Assembly: GCA_001600815.1 (NCBI GenBank)
Contig: BCKZ01000031.1
Span: 1-64,000, forward strand
Source of the DNA: Alloascoidea hylecoeti
Taxonomy: Eukaryota
DNA length: 64,000 nucleotides
Reading direction: 5' to 3'
The notes beneath the pieces were generated by a model that saw only the letters and a list, made by a program, of their open reading frames with translations, was not told the origin of the DNA and ran no database searches. Positions 25,484 to 37,740 of this stretch are shown piece by piece. The position numbers were made by a program, and so were the translations under genes. Every line of letters starts with the position of its first letter. Position 1 is the first letter of the stretch.

Positions 25484-28400
25484 TCAAGTCATTAAATTAT
25501 GCAATTGACCTCTTTCATTGTTATTAATACTTAGACTGTCAAGAATTGAGTTGATATCTAGATTTTCAACAGAACCTACACTAACCAAACTTGGTTCATA
25601 TGATCTATTGAAAGAATCATCCATTTGTAACATTCCAACTTTAAATTCAGGGAGATTTAAGTTAGATACTCCACTAACAGCACTCACGCTTTTGCTATGT
25701 CTTCGGTTATTTTTTGGGCTATTGGATAATGATGAATCCGAAATCTTCCCTCCGTCTGGATCAGACACTGAGACAGTTGGGGCTCTTAAATTCCCAGTAA
25801 CGCGATCACGAAGATTGGTACCAGACATTGCTTTCTTTAAATCGTGAACACTTGGTGGCTTCCTACTATTTGAGGAACCAAGATATGAAGAAATAGATCG
25901 ATTTCTAAGAGAATCAGTTGAATAATTACCATCTCGAATTGATTGATTGTTGAAACTAGATCGTTGTGGATCCGTTACCAATGACATTGAAGGACGTCTT
26001 TTATCATGGAAAAGCATAGATAATGAATTTGACGCCATTCTTGTTTGAGAGGTGTAAATGCTTGCAGCATCACCTATATCATTTTCACGAGAGAAAGGTG
26101 AAGTATTGAATGATGTATTAGGGTAGGCAAGAATTGAATCCGCAGGAACTATAGAGAGTGGACTATTTTGAAGACTCTTTGAGATTATTTCCTCTCGAAT
26201 AGATTTAATTTCTATAATTGAATTCCAATCGATTGGGATATCAATAATTTGAGCTCTGTAGTGACGATAGGTAGGGAATGGAATCTTGCTATACCATATT
26301 TTTTGTTGTTGAGCAGTCTCTATTATATCATTACCCAAATCATCAAGTTTCAAATATTTGGCACATGAAAGAAGGAAAGAATACCATATAGAATGCATTG
26401 CAATACATTGATCAGGTGTATAAGTATCTGTTTCATAGGACTGTGTTGTTTTCACTGTATCGGTAATTTCTTGAATTTTATAAAAATATGGTAAACCACA
26501 AAGAATAGCATTTTCACCATAATTTTCGATCAATATTAACAATAAATCATAAACATAAAGATATTTATCATCATCAGATGTAGGTGAAACAACCATTGAT
26601 AAAAGTTCTTTGAATAAATTTGAAAGAGCACTTGCATTACCACCAAATCTACCATAATTTAATTTTACTGTATGTTCAGTTGTGTCACTTTTAAGGAAAA
26701 ATAAAAGTAATTCAGAGAATTTATCTCTTATTTCATTGTTATCATAGTTTAATAATGGAAGCGCGACATCCCATGTACTTATAGAAATCTTTGATTGAAT
26801 TTTTGCATGCGCTGCTTTTTCCTTTGTAAACACTTCAATAATTTTATAAATATCATCAAAGTAAATTTGAAGTAATCGAATACCATTTCCTTTTGTGATT
26901 GTGGAAGATATTTCGGAAACAGCGCTTGGAGTAGTAGTATTCGTCGGTGTTGAAGGTTCTCTATACACAGATGAAGATGGTGAACTAACATTGAAGTCAT
27001 TTATTTCTTGATAGGTATTTTTACATTTTAATAAAATTAAATGAACCATATCTCTCATCTGATTAAAATAATGCATTTTAACAGTAAGGCTGCTTATACA
27101 ATGACTAGTCTCAATCAAAACATTTTTCTTTAATTCTCCTTCGTTATCTGAAGAAATAATTAATTCTTGTTGATGATCTAATAATTGCCGTAAAATATCA
27201 ATAACAGAAAGGCCAATAATTTTAACAGATGATGTTAACAAAGAAGATATTAAATCTAGCATTATTAACCGATTTTTTAAATCAGTTTCTTCTGATAATC
27301 CAGTTACAAGTACTATTGGTACTGTAAATCTTAATTGAACTGGAATCCAATTAGTAGAAATTTCAATAATTGCCCTTGAACATTTTTCTGGTATTTTATT
27401 TTTAACTAAATGGCAGAGAACAACTTTCATTATATCTGATAATCTCTTTGAATTGGTTGTATTTAATATGAACTTAATCGTTCTCATAGCTTCCAATGGA
27501 ATAATAATATTAGGTACATGATCAGGAGATGTTGTATCTTTAACTTGCTCCTGTTCTTGTTCTTGTTCTTGTTCTTGTTCTTGTTCTTGTTCTTGTTCTT
27601 GTCCTTGTTCTAGTTCTAGTTCTCGATTTTTTCCCTGTTCTTCTACTTCATCTGTTTCATCTGCATCTTCATCTTCGTCTTTATCGTTATGAAGGTTTTC
27701 ATAGTCTTCTTTTGCTGTTTTGATTTTGTCCTCCTTTTTAAATACCTTATTTGAACTTTCTTGGTTAGTTTCATTGTCTAATTGGGTAGCCAAGTTATAA
27801 ATTACATCATCATTTATTGATGATGGAACATGTTTGAGTGTTTCTTCTACCGCTTCCCGTACAGTTTCTAATGAAACGGATCTTGACTGCAAGGTACTAG
27901 AGGCAATGCTTCTCGTTGCAACAAGGCTAATTTGCGTCCATCTAATAAATAAAAATATTGTGTTAGTTAAGTTATGATTTTTGTCTTATATCTTATAAAT
28001 ACACACTCAGATATATTGGAGCCTTTTTTACCAGAACCCGTTAAGATGAAAGCATGACATAAACTGAAAAATTGATCAACAAAAACTTGATCGCCCCCAA
28101 ACAAACTACCATCCAAATATTCACAAAGTGTTGTAAACTAAATTCAATAGATAGATGGTTAGGTTTAAAAAACTTAAATATGTTTAAGGGGTTATTATTT
28201 TTCATAACTTACGACTTTAAGGCTTTCTTGACAAAGAGCCAAATCTCCAGAATCCATGGCGGCATTTAAGACAGTAATAACATTAAGAGCAAAAACATTT
28301 AAATGTTCATTACATTCATTTATAATGGCATTGAAAATGTCAAGAGTAACTTTTGCTGTTCTAAATATGTTATGGTTGTTAGTTAAATAGAAGCCCCACT

Positions 28401-28648
28401 ACTACCACTATTTATTCTTATCATATATATACAAGAACATACCCATAACGACCCCGAGAAATATCCGTCACTCCTTTTTTCTCCAAGAAAACCCCAACTT
28501 TTTCAAGTTTTATCCTTCTATTTGAAGCATAGTAAAGAAGATATGACAACTCTGAATGATTTGGTTTTTTGTCCATATCTGTATGTTTACCGTTAGGATA
28601 GCATCGAAGAATCAATTTTTGATGCTTTGGAATAAAAGCTCTAATCAT
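25484..28648 (-). CDS. EFR3: Efr3 (PI4-kinase plasma-membrane anchor), 3 introns in the 5' part
   Basis: PKHQKLILRCYP...SELSYLLYYASNRR.KLEKVG; IGLSVIDIL; PSVHDLKKA; introns splice exon 1 onto the 802-aa ORF. Confidence 0.92.
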
Positions 28649-29262
28649 CTTTCGTGGGTTTTTTTTTCGTATCTATTCACAAGAGGATAAATACAAAAGA
28701 AATATACGTTTTTATGTGTATAAATAAGTTTCGGATTGATATTTTTGTGTCACGTGTGGTCTCTGATATGTGCAACTGAATACTATAGGGTTTAGTGTCA
28801 AAAATGAACTATTCACAATCTCTAAGATAATTGAAATGGAAATTTTGAAATATTTACGGGGTACTTCTTTTCCAAAATTTCTCACTAAAATACTCGAAGG
28901 TTCGGATGGAGCATGACAATATATCTAATTCTCAAGATTATACTAAGTGAAAAGTTGATTGTTTCATTATACGCCCTCCCAATATTGATGAAAATTAACA
29001 ATTTATTCATTAAATTTATATATAATTCTATAATTCTACAATTCTGTTTAGATGCTTGAATAATGAAATTGAGAAGATGATGTTTAAATTAAGGTTGTAG
29101 TGATATTGTATAGCTATGTGTATTAGAGATGCGAGTTTAGATTAAATTCATTCAGTAATCTCATTTTCTTTAAAATTTCATAGTAATTTTGATTTTTTTA
29201 GTTATATTTTATATTGAAATAATTTTCAAAATAGCAAGTTTAAACTTTTGTATAATATATTT

Positions 29263-30442
29263 TTATAATTTATTGACATCATTTTTTATAATTTTTTTTT
29301 TTTTATTACGATTATCATAATGATCAACTGGTATTTTTGATTTAATTTCTGAAATATCAGTTTCAACAAGTTTATATTGAACCAATTTAGTAATAATGTC
29401 AAGTATTGAATCACATTCTTTTTCAATATCATTTTTAATTAACTATAAAGGAGAAAATGTTAGTTTTATTTCTTTTTCTTTTTGATTTAATAATAACAAA
29501 TAGATTACTTACAACTTTAAACAAAGAAGTTTTCTTTGGAGCATGATATAATTTATATCTTTTAACTGTTTCTCCATCAATATTAACAAGTTCATAAGTT
29601 TGTCTTGGATTTGATATTGTATTATTCTTATTGTTGTTATTTCTACCATTGTTATTATTTCTTCCACCACGACCATTACCACGGCCATTACCACGGCCAT
29701 TACCACGACCACCACCAGAACGATTATTGTTGTTACTATTATTATATCTAGTTTCAATAATTGTACCAGTTTGATCATTCGATTTATAACTTGAATCTAT
29801 TTGTTGTTGTAAGATTTTTTTCTCTTCAATTCTTTTTAAAGTTGGCCATTTTAATTTTCTTTCGGAAATCCATTTTTCAACATCTTCTTTTGATTTTAAA
29901 ATAATTGATGTACCTGGTATAGCAATATCTAATTTTTTATTTTGTTTATAATAAGCTTCTTCATCAATAATAACATCATCACTCTCGTTCATTTCTTCAT
30001 CTTTTTCAACTTTATCATCATCAAAGATTGTTTCATAATATTGAGTATTTCTATTAAATGATTGAAAAATTGGACCATTAAATGAATTATTTGACGATGA
30101 AGAACTGGTTCTTCTTTTGTTGAATGAATTATGTGATGAAGAACTAGATCTTCTTTTGTTAAATGAATTATTTGATGATGAAGAACTCGTTCTTCTTTTT
30201 TTAAACGGTGCATTTGATGAATTTCCTCCGGATCCATTACTATATCTAGGAGAATTATAGTTATTATTGTTATGGTTATATGAAGGAGGTTGGTATGTCT
30301 TATTATTATATGAATGAGGTTGATATCTCTTGTTATTATTATTATTATTCCTCTTCTTTCTGGTCACTGAAGTAGATACAGGAGCATCTTCTTTCTTTTT
30401 AGATGGAGCAGGAGGAGGGAGGCCGTAAATAAACCCAGACAT
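29263..30442 (-). CDS. Rsa1/NUFIP1-like box C/D snoRNP assembly factor; intron 29512-29443
   Basis: IPGTSIILKSKEDVEKWISERKLKWPT; spliced C-terminus SLFKV|LIKNDIEKECDSILDII; internal 3x FNKRR(T/S)SSSS repeat at ~30080-30200. Confidence 0.75.
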
Positions 30443-31207
30443 TCTATAATGTTGTAGATTTTAAGGTGACCATGAATTTTTTTGACTTCTGATGGTGATG
30501 ATGTTCCCGGAGAATGACAACATAAACTAACGGGAAATTTGATCGATATAAATAATTCTAAATAAATCATGAACATGATATGATAAGCGTTAATTAGCTC
30601 CAAAAAGCTTCTTTGCATTTTAATAAGTCTCATATATTGTCCAATGAAGATATTTCCCCTTTAAATTTATGTTTGGTTGGCATTTTTAATGATTCAGATG
30701 CAGTGTTCCATGTGTGTGTGTGTAACGACTTTTGCAATTGGTATAATCACATTACATTTTATAAGTGAATTCGCATATTTAAATGTTTTATTCTATATTA
30801 CATGAATATTTATATACTATATTTTATTTAGTTATTTTTATGGCAAAGTATGTTTTATATCCCAACAGTTCCTGTAGCTATAATTTTATCATATATTGTT
30901 ATTGTAATTGATATTATAGCTAAACCTTATCAAGATGTGTTATAATTTAATCAGTATATTAAAATTAAAAAAAGGACAAAAAGACAAAAAGACAAAAAGT
31001 TAGTTAATTAGAAATTACAAAGTTAGTAGAAAGCAACCAACGTAAAGGAGTCCCCACGTATATCATAAAAAACAGAAAACCATAATAACATTGTCACATG
31101 TAACTGTAATTGTAATTGTAACCATGATGAAAACAGTAAGATATATCATAAGCCTTAATTTTCCAACTCATTCAAAATTGCAAAAATCGAACATGATTAA
31201 ATAATAA

Positions 31208-32137
31208 TTAATGTGAACGACATAAAATAATTCTAATTAATGATGAAAAAATCGTTCTTAATTTTTTATTATTTAAATCATCATCATATAAATTATATTT
31301 ATCTTTAAATAATTCATTTTTTAATTCATGATTATTATCTAAATTATCAAAACCAAATTCTCTTGCAATACCTAATTTTAAGTGATGCGAAGAATTTGAA
31401 TTTGATATTCTTGATTTTGTAGGTTTTAAATTATTAATATCGTTATCATTTGTAATTTTGGGAGGGTCGTTAATTGTATTTGTATTTGTATTTATATTTG
31501 CATTTGCATTTGAATTCGGATGTAAATTTGATTGAACTAGATCTTGTTGTCGAATAGTTTGTTGATTATAATTATTTTTTTGAGCTAATTGAAATTTCAT
31601 GGGATCTTCTCTTGATAGTAAAACCAAATCTCCTACTTGTTTCCCACGGTTCTTGAGATATGTAGAACCACGATTGCTTTGAATTTCGGGATTGAATGTA
31701 CGAGAACCAGCTGTACTATTAACGTTTTCTCGTTTTCCAAAATCCATAGCTCCAGGCAACTTATTTGAAGTTATTGTATATAATTTTTGTAATACTAAAT
31801 TATCTTCCTTTGATTGAATTTTAGAATTGCTAAGTACAACTTTTTGATGTATGAGATTTCCTCCATACGACGGATAGGCATCCGGATGTTGAATCTGCTG
31901 AGCATAAAAATACAGCTGATTCAGCTGTTTTATTGAGTGAGGAGTGTGAGAATAATCGCTTGCCGTTGTTGTTGTTGTTGTTGTTGTCTGCGTTCGTGAA
32001 GAACATCCATTTGTTGCAACTGCTGCTTCAGACGTCTCAGTCTCAGACTGCTTTGAGACACCGGAGTCTCGGAAGTTCATGTTCTCTGTCGACCCCACTG
32101 GAGAGTACTCGGTGGACATGCTGGTGGTCGCCGACAT
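31208..32137 (-). CDS. Hypothetical low-complexity protein
   Basis: 309-aa ORF with GC-rich 5' end like neighbouring genes, divergent from the CSN7-like gene; no family recognised. Confidence 0.5.
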   Translation of the reverse strand: MSATTSMSTEYSPVGSTENMNFRDSGVSKQSETETSEAAVATNGCSSRTQTTTTTTTTASDYSHTPHSIKQLNQLYFYAQQIQHPDAYPSYGGNLIHQKVVLSNSKIQSKEDNLVLQKLYTITSNKLPGAMDFGKRENVNSTAGSRTFNPEIQSNRGSTYLKNRGKQVGDLVLLSREDPMKFQLAQKNNYNQQTIRQQDLVQSNLHPNSNANANINTNTNTINDPPKITNDNDINNLKPTKSRISNSNSSHHLKLGIAREFGFDNLDNNHELKNELFKDKYNLYDDDLNNKKLRTIFSSLIRIILCRSH

Positions 32138-32328
32138 TTCATTCCATAAATAAATATAAATTTAAATGTTAGAAATATGTTGAAAATATGAGTATATCCG
32201 AGCAATTAGCTGTAAGCTAAAAATATTACCATCGTTGGTATTGATGCACGTGACACTCTTATCGCTGTTCGGTTACGTAATCCGGTCCCAGGGTTGTCAT
32301 TTTTCAACATCAATCATTACCATAAATA

Positions 32329-33218
32329 ATGGCATCCCTTTTATCTTCATTTCACACAAAAGTGGCTTCTCCATCGTCTTATTTCTTTTCAGATGTATAT
32401 TGGAATCCAGAAGTTCAAGAATTGGCTCAGCAAAGTAAAGATGAGGAAATATTAAAAGTTATAAGAACTGTAGAATTGTTTTCTTATGGGGTTTATCGTC
32501 ATTATATTGGTATGTTTTAAATCAACTGTATCATAGATTTATACTGACACTCTCCTTTTATAATCACAGGAAATGAGGAATTGTTGTTGCCTTTAGGTCC
32601 TTTAGAACAAAGGAAACTACGCCAATTAACTCTTATTTCACTTTGTTCAAATATCAGTGTAAGTATTATATTCTCCTTAAATTGATTTTTTCATTGTTAT
32701 AACTAACATTTTCATAGTCTATTAAATATGACTATTTATTAAAAGGCCTTTATCTTTCTTCAATATATGATCTTGAATCTATTATACTTGACACAATTTA
32801 TTCTGGTCTTTTACAAGCAACTTTATATTCTGATATTCAAGAACTTCATATATCATTTGTTAAAAGTAGGGATGTTTTATCAAAAAATAATCATATTTTT
32901 CATTTTTTACCAAATGATAATAGTAATAATATTATAACTATCAACTATTTAAAAACAAGTTTAGAAAAATGGAGAAATGAAAAATTAAGAGGTACAATTA
33001 CAAGATTGCAAAATTCTTTATTAGAATTAAATAAATCATCAATATCTGAAGAATCATCATCAGCTTCATCATTAATTGAAAATAATAATAGTAAATCAAT
33101 CTTAAGAACAAGAACAATTTCAAAAGAGTTTGAAGAGAAAGATAAAATTATAGGGAAAAGAAATTCAAAAAATAGGAAATTTAGAAGAACTCAAGAAAAT
33201 ACTACCATTTCTAGTTAA
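32329..33218 (+). CDS. PCI-domain protein, COP9 signalosome subunit 7-like; introns ~32511-32569 and ~32659-32717
   Basis: Spliced product has YFFSD, VELFSYGVY, KLRQLTLISL, I.YDYL, DLESIILDTIYSGLLQATL, SRDV. Confidence 0.8.
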
Positions 33219-33268
33219 ACTAGCATTTATGTAATCATTTAATCGATATCATTTTATCTTCGTATATG

Positions 33269-33860
33269 TAGAGTCATATTTAAGAACTGGATTATATCAA
33301 AGTACAAAACCATATATTTTAGGTCTTGAAACAACTGGTGTAATTGTTACAATTGAATCACAAATAACAAACTATAAAATTGGTGATAATGTTGCTTATT
33401 TTTCAGCATCTAATTTTGCTCAATATACTGTTGTTTCAGCGGGAAATGGAAAGATTTCAAAACCATCTCATGATTTAGACGAAGGAGGATTTTTAAAATT
33501 TATGGTAATGTTTTAATTCAAAAATTAACTGCTTTTACCGAATCTTATAATGTTTTAAAAGAGGATTATATTTTGATTCATGCTGGTGGTGGTGGAGTTG
33601 GTTTAATATTAGATCATCAATTGGTTTCATTATATGGTCATGATGCTGTTTGTAATTGGAACAATTTTAACATCAGAAAAGGCAAAATTCGCAAAGGAGG
33701 GCGGAGCTGAATATATTATAAATTATACAAGAGAAGATAAAGTTTCAAAAGTTTTGGAATTGGCAAATGGAAATGGAGTTTCCAGTTGGTAAACAACAAT
33801 TAAATATAATTTTAGAATCTCTTTCTAGGAAAGGAACACTTATTTGTTGTGGTGTAGTTT
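33269..33860 (+). pseudogene. Degenerate copy of the central/3' part of ZTA1
   Basis: Aligns by eye to the gene at 56239-57234 from codon ESYF onward; frameshifts and stops. Confidence 0.9.
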
Positions 33861-33963
33861 AAAACCAATGGTCATATTAAGTGATATGCACCATATAAGG
33901 TTATAACTTATATTCTTCTTCCAGTTGCCAGAAAGAGATAATATTAAAAAAAAACATTACAGC

Positions 33964-34405
33964 CTATAAAAGGCAGGTCTCTGCTCTTCCTTTCTCTACC
34001 CAACTGCTCTCGCTATCACGGATCCTACTAACTTGAACGCCTATAACAACCATGATGCTGATTACTTCCGTGCTCGTGGCCCCGCGATCCATGTTTCCCC
34101 CATCAATACAGACGGCCTGAACCTCAACTACAACATCATCCGTAATATACCTCTCAACATTTCCCAATGCCCTTTTTACTTTGTGTCCGGGACATTGGAA
34201 AGGTCACCCACTGTAATGTTTCTGTCGATAGCGTCCGTAAAACGATAAAGCTTGAAACTGAGAGAAGAGCCCTCTTGGAAACAGGTGCAAGGAAATAAAA
34301 GGAAGTTTAATCCAAAAAAAAATCGTTAAACTTGCTTCAGTTGAAGAAGTGTTTGAAATTAATAGGAAAGCTGAATTTGAAATACAAGCTTTAAAAAACT
34401 TGTGA
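33964..34405 (+). pseudogene. Degenerate PSP1-like 5' fragment including TATA region
   Basis: Matches 2580->2030 (CTATAAAA..CTCTACCCAACTGC, DYFRA..HVSP.NTD, DIGKVT.CN); deletions and frameshifts. Confidence 0.85.
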
Positions 34406-34654
34406 AATGTTATTTCAAAAATATGTATGCATATTTTTTTTTAATTTCGAGGGCTTTTTTACTATAAATGTAACCGAAGAATTAAAGTTGATATTGAACG
34501 TTTGCATAGGCTTTATAACGTTAGGTTGTGTATTATTTGTGGTGAATTGGATGCTGATTCTAGTAAAATTTAGAAAGATCTTTGACGTAGAACTTTAACC
34601 TATACTTTAGATCAATGATGAATAGGCATTTACATATAACATTAATTTTAGCAT

Positions 34655-34847
34655 TAATCATCACTATTATAGATTGAAGATTGAAGTTATAATGTCATCA
34701 CCAACCACCCAAAAGGCAATTGTCATCCATGTAATTGGAAGTCCTGATTTATATAATTATAAATACAAAGATTTCAGCTCCTCAAAAGTTCAAACTAAAG
34801 ATTCAGAAACCCTTATTAAAAATAAATACCCAGGTATTAATTTTATA
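34655..34847 (+). pseudogene. Degenerate ZTA1 5' fragment with leader
   Basis: MSSPTTQKAIVIH...KDSETLIKNKYPGINFI versus MSLPTTQKAIVIH...KDSEILIKNKYAGINFI. Confidence 0.9.
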
Positions 34848-34888
34848 ATTATACCTATTTATCAATATCAAGTATATCATATTTAGAT

Positions 34889-35431
34889 CTACAAATTTAA
34901 ATATTCAACAGTAGAACCAAACAAACGTTTCCCATGTCCACTATCACTTTTCCAAGCTTCTTTAATAAAACCAATTAATCCTTTATCATTAAAACACATA
35001 TCATAAATACCGACTAAACTAACCACTGAGCCAAATTGTAATAAATGCATTGTATAATTATGATATTTCCCATAAACTCTTTTTGGAACATAATCAACAA
35101 TACAACTTTCAAATCCAACATAACTATGTCCTAATAATAAAACACTGAATAGAACATCCAAACTTGTAGTCAATGAATGTGTGCTAAATGCAGTAGCAAC
35201 TAATGGGACGAGACCAATGGCTATAACGCGTTCTCCGGTCCAATGGGTTGAGCCGTGGAGTTTATCTCTAGGGGGTAAAGCAGCAGGTTCGTTAACCGAT
35301 CCAACAATATAACCAGGGGGTTGAGGAATTGTTTTAAGGAAAGGGATGGTTAAGCTTCGACATGTTAAAATTCTTGTTACGGGAGGAAGTGTCCTAACGA
35401 TATTTGGTCGTGTAAGCATCAAAGTATTCAT
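34889..35431 (-). CDS. Succinate dehydrogenase small membrane anchor (CybS; SDH4/SHH4/TIM18 family)
   Basis: HGSTHWTGER, HSYVGFESCIVDYVPKRVYG; first ATG at 35431. Confidence 0.9.
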   Translation of the reverse strand: MNTLMLTRPNIVRTLPPVTRILTCRSLTIPFLKTIPQPPGYIVGSVNEPAALPPRDKLHGSTHWTGERVIAIGLVPLVATAFSTHSLTTSLDVLFSVLLLGHSYVGFESCIVDYVPKRVYGKYHNYTMHLLQFGSVVSLVGIYDMCFNDKGLIGFIKEAWKSDSGHGKRLFGSTVEYLNL

Positions 35432-35773
35432 TTTCAAATGTTGATGATTCTAGAAGTTTAAAGGAGTTCGATTCAATTCCAATTGATTCATTTAAATTTA
35501 AATGATTACAACTTGTTTGCTTGATTGGATAAACGGATCATGCTATATTTTCAAATTATTATAAGTGTTAATATCCGAATATCGAAATATATGCAATGTT
35601 GGTTTATGTAGGGTGCCATTTATTCATATAAAGAGTGTCAAAAATGTATCCATTATTTCTCGAATATGTCTTCTATTGTGGTACGAACTACCCATGGCAG
35701 AAAAACATCCCTTCACAACTGCATTTATTTAACTTTATAAAACTTCTACTCTCTATTTTTAACTCATCAAATT

Positions 35774-37136
35774 ATGTACCCAGGACAAAACAACAGAAAT
35801 CAGTACCCGAATCAGTACCCGAATCAGTATCCAAACCAGTATCCCCCCCAGCAGGGAGGCTATAACTACGGTGGTCCCCCTCCAATGTATCCACAGGGCC
35901 CTCCTCCGGGACCACGACCTCAAGGCTATGCTCCTAATTATGGTTATCAGGGCCCTCCTCAGGGCCCTCCGCCCACGGGCCCTCGTCCTAATTATGGTGG
36001 TCCTCCCCAAGGCCCCCCTCAAAGGTACAACCAAGGCCCTCCCCAGGGCTACCAACAGAGACCTCAACAAGGTTACAATAACCAGTCAAACTTTGGAGGC
36101 CAAGCAGAAAGAGCGGTCCACGCCCCTCCATCAGCACCTCAAGCATATGGACAAAGTGGCTCAACCTTCCAATATTCAAATTGTAAAGGCAAAAAAAAAG
36201 CATTGATTATTGGTATTAATTATATCGGACAGAGAAATCAATTACGTGGTTGTATTAATGATGCAAGAAATGTCGCAAATTTTTTGCAACAAACTTATGG
36301 TTATAGACATGATGATATGGTCATATTAACTGATGATACTTCAAATCAACAATCTGCTCCAACTCAACAAAATATCATAAGGGCAATGCAATGGTTAGTT
36401 AAAAATGCTCAACCAAATGATTCTTTAGTTTTCCATTACTCTGGTCATGGTGGACAAACAAAAGATTTAGATGGTGATGAAGATGATGGATATGATGAAG
36501 TTATTTATCCTGTTGATTTCCGTCAAAATGGTCATATTGTTGATGATTTAATGCATGATATAATGGTTAAATCTTTACCAGAAGGTTGTAAATTAACTTG
36601 TTTATTTGATAGTTGTCATTCTGGTAGTGCTTTGGATTTACCTTTTATTTATTCAACAAAAGGTGTTGTTAAAGAACCAAATTTATTAAAAGATACTGGA
36701 ACTGGTTTATTAAGTGCTGTTGGCTCATATGCAAAAGGTGATTTAGGTAGTATGTTTAGTTCAGTAACTGGTTTGGCTAAAAGAGCTGCTTTAGGTGATT
36801 CTGCTAGGAAAAAACAATTGGCAACTAAAATTTCACCTGCTGATGTTGTTATGATTTCAGGTTGTAAAGATTCTCAAACATCGTAAGTAACTTTCTTCAT
36901 ATGCATGATTCATCTCATTTTACTAACTTTTATTCAATAGTGCTGATGCTTCAATTAATGGAAATGCAACAGGTGCGATGTCATATGCTTTTATAACAGT
37001 ACTTACACAAAGTCGAAATCAAAGTTATATTAGTTTATTAAATAATATGAGACAAGTATTAGCTGGTAAATATGATCAAAAACCACAACTTAGTTCTTCA
37101 CATCCAATGGATTTAAATGTTCAATTTTTGATGTAA
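35774..37136 (+). CDS. MCA1: Metacaspase; intron 36883-36940
   Basis: P/Q/Y-rich N-terminus; HYSGHG and DSCHSG catalytic dyad; spliced end SADA...GAMS...[10 protein letters not shown]. Confidence 0.97.
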
Positions 37137-37740
37137 TTATAATACTTTACAAATCCTTTTATATATAATCTTATATCTATTTTCTTTTGTTCTTATATTA
37201 TGTCAGTAACTTTATGTGTTTAATTTTATTTTATCTAATTAAGAGTTATAATATACCACTTATATATGTTCATAATTTTTTCAAGTCTTTATATTATTGA
37301 CAATTGGGCCATCACATTCTCTAATTTTCTTTTTTACTGTTTCCTCTAGTGATATGAAATACTAATTAAGAAAAAGTGCGATCAATCTCACTCTTTGAAT
37401 GCGAAATTCAATACTTTATCGATCATATTAATTAAAGAAAGTGAGTATGCATAGTCAGATACAGACGATTAGATACTTATTAATATTGTAATTTAATGTT
37501 CAACATATTCAGGTATCTTTCACACAGAAACTTCTCAAACCGCATATATACAGTACTTACACTTAGAAACTTCAGCCTGAAGCAAAGGTATCATAATTAC
37601 GACTATTAATCTTGGATTCAAAGGAAGTTCGAAGTTTCCTAAATGTTCCCCGATGGTGATTCTATGAACTTTTAAAAGTAATTATCATTACGCATCAACT
37701 CATTTCTTATCATAATATTAAATATAATTCTTAAAAAGTA

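Noticed and set aside
27547..27620. (GAACAA)n repeat
   Set aside because: Ordinary coding microsatellite giving the QE run in Efr3
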